A stretch of 64,000 bases of DNA from Pecten maximus (lineage: Eukaryota): positions 36,766,001 through 36,830,000 of the forward strand of contig NC_047015.1 of the NCBI RefSeq assembly GCF_902652985.1, given 5' to 3'. Numbering within the stretch: position 1 is the stretch's first letter; every line of letters begins with the position of its first letter. The notes below the pieces were generated by a model. It worked only from the letters and a program-made list of their open reading frames with translations. It searched no databases and was not told the origin of the DNA. Shown here piece by piece: positions 61,487-64,000 of this stretch. Both the position numbers and the translations under genes were made by a program.

Positions 61487-62199
61487 TCATGTTGTGGGTG
61501 TTGTATACATGGAGTGGCAAGTGTTTTCCTTCCGAAAGTATTTGTATGATATTTGCTTGAAGTGCTGAAAGTGTTACAAGACTTTTATTGTTTGTATGAA
61601 ATTTGTTTTTGAAAAAAAAACCTGCTTTGTATTGTTATTTGCTTTTCAACATAGGCTTAACACAAAGGCATTTGGAATGTTACAAAACTTATTCTCACCA
61701 GGCTGAAAAAACCCATTATGAATCTTGAGAAAAAGATGATAGACACATTATAATAAGGAAATATACCAGATCAAAGGAATAAAGGAAAGTATGAGAAAGC
61801 ATTTTTTCTTGCAATGTGAGGCTGTATCAGTGTATGAATAAGAGCCAATTTCTGTTGAGAGAGAAAAGATACAATTCAGATATCACTATGCTTCTTCAAA
61901 GTAGCGTAGCATTTCTATAGGAATTTGCTGAAACTGATTCGTTAATAAACCAAAGAATGGCACTTAATTATACAGACATGCCTCGCACAGGCAGAAATAG
62001 TAATATGGTTTACTATCTCTAGGCTTCATAATTAGGTGTTTGTGTACTGTGTTCAAAAAGAGAGTATCTCACAGCCTACGCATAATTGTAAGTTAAAGAG
62101 AAGTAGCTACCTCGTAAACAACTTTGTTATAGTTTAGGTATGTAATAGTTCACCACTGAAAGACATGGCCGACATTACTCCTCTCTCCAGCATAAAATA

Positions 62200-62450
62200 T
62201 TCCTTAAAAGCAACTTCTCCATGGTTATAAAATGGTCTATAGTTTGGATATATCGACAGTAGAATACCGAGATGAAACAGCTATACAGTTTGTTCAAATA
62301 AATTACATTGACCTACTTTCGGGTCACAGGTGTCAAATCTGATTAAATCTTTAACCCTGCTTCTTCTGAATAACAAGAGGCCTATAGTGGCCTGATGTTG
62401 GTCCAGTAGAATGCTGGAATGATTACCAAGTTTGTTCAAATGAATGACTG
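62200..62450. mobile_element. second degenerate copy of the same repeat family
   Basis: GTTTGTTCAAAT..TGACCTACTTT..GTCACAGG and AACAAGAGGCC motifs shared with 10230-10830. Confidence 0.4.
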
Positions 62451-62459
62451 CTATTTCCA

Positions 62460-62675
62460 TATGTTATCAATAAGTGACTTATTCTCCTGTTCATGTGTTA
62501 TCAATAAGTGAGCTACGATCCTGTTCATGTGTTATCAATAAGTGACCTATTCTCCTGTTCATGTGTTATCAATAAGTGAGCTACGATCCTGTTCGCATGT
62601 TATCAATAAGTGACCTATTCTCCTGTTCGTGTGCTATCAATAAGTGAGCTACGATCCTGTTCATGTGTTATCAAT
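62460..62675. repeat. 34-bp tandem repeat with alternating A/B variants (68-bp dimer)
   Basis: TGTTATCAATAAGTGA(CCTATTCT|GCTACGAT)CCTGTTCATG. Confidence 0.92.
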
Positions 62676-64000
62676 CTATCATCTTTCCTCAGGTTATGTT
62701 TATGAATTGTAACATTTTAAATGCCTTTGTATTCAGAAGAGATTGTATGGCAGTAACTCTTCATTGTTTAGAAATGTTATTTTCATGAAATTGCTAACAA
62801 ATGTTTAGAATGTCATTATGATATATATTATATATTACATTTAATATTTGTTGTTTTTTTATTCTTTTTCGTAAATAATTTATCTTTAACGTTATATATA
62901 TTCTGTTGACAAATATAATTGTCACAAAGTATGTATTATATGCACACTGACTTTCCAACCAAAGGCCGTTTTATTTTCTTAATCACATTTTAATGTAAGT
63001 AGCTCAGCTAATTGATAGATATATTTAGGTTTGGTTTTATTTGTCTATTGGTTTTTTATTGTTTTTTTTTATTATTATTTTATTTTTTATTTTTTTCATT
63101 GTGTTGCTGCACTGTTGTGTTGACAACTCTGTTGCAAAAAATAATTCATTGTCTTGTTGAATTGTCTTTGTCGTATTTTGCCGGTGTCGTCTGCAGTTTT
63201 GTTGCACGGGACGGAGAATGTGTGCATGTGTAACTGTATTACTCTAGTGAAAAATCACATACTCGGAAAATTAACCCCAGTAAATTACATATCTCTATTG
63301 TAAAACTTGCATCATCCAAACATCACTTATGCCATTTTTTTTAATAGTCAGGATTTCAGATTATAAAAGAAATAAATTAATATCAAATATACCACAAAAT
63401 TAAGATTTCAGTTTACTCAAATTTATGTTGAAAGCTAAGAGAACATGTGAATGCTATACCAAGCGATGTATATAAGATCCAGTTTACACAAGTAAATTCT
63501 GTAAGTTTCTTGATAAGTCAAGGTTCAGGGTATGGGGTAAACTAGGAAATATATATGTTTTGCACTAGATGTTTATGTCACTTAGGCTTCAGTTATAGGC
63601 TAATAATCAAAGTATGATCTAAGCAAGGAAAGCAGAAAGTATGTTTTGCACAAGATTTTGGGTTACTGAGGGTTTGTTTTGGACAAATAACGAGCGGGTG
63701 TTTATATTAGAGTAAAACGCGAAATAAAGATATGTCTGGATTATTGAGGGTTTGGTTTATGCAGGTCAAACTGTGATGATTAAATGCAATATTGGAAAAT
63801 AAAATGTGGACAGAATAATTAACAGAAGAGGAATGGGGAGAATATTTAAATGAAAAAAAGTATCATCAGAAAAACTTATATTGTTGATGAAATTAGACAA
63901 TCCTTTCCGAAGTAGTGATTTTTCCTAGCCAGTGCCCTTTTTGATTTCTGATTTTCTGTGTCAATGTGTTTGGTTGATCCTCTTGTTATGCTCGTCTTTG

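Noticed and set aside
63197-63229. Acceptor after a long T-rich tract with CpG-rich downstream bases
   Set aside because: Donor and frame ambiguous; not the expected FLVSFMVDARGG start of ZU5

Overview
Eukaryotic, AT-rich, intron-rich animal DNA, most likely a bivalve mollusc judging by SINE/MITE types and tandem-repeat load (inference). The + strand carries the 5' half of one canonical ankyrin gene, the invertebrate pro-ortholog of ANK1/2/3 (unc-44/Ank2-like). I traced 20 GT-AG exons (18778-49059) encoding all 24 ANK repeats of the membrane-binding domain, with phase-0 introns at repeat boundaries, followed by linker exons to 60514. The ZU5/spectrin-binding domain is not in the window. About a third of the window is ~19 unrelated intronic minisatellites, which produce all the long ORFs in the ORF track. 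There are also a tRNA-derived SINE, a truncated CR1/L2-type LINE and MITE-like remnants. Best leads: (1) a 30-nt microexon between ANK6 and ANK7 that matches the vertebrate ANK2 'MMVNRTTE' insert; (2) a cluster of frame-preserving phase-1 micro/mini-exons in the ANK-ZU5 linker; (3) a 27-bp satellite that looks like an amplified branch point plus pyrimidine tract and forms an ~800-nt AG-free zone ending at a real acceptor; (4) a degenerate minimal hammerhead ribozyme; (5) candidate alternative first exons and an X-box-rich internal promoter. Small-exon and promoter calls come from sequence reading only and need RNA-seq. Comparisons to known proteins and repeat families are from memory, not database searches.
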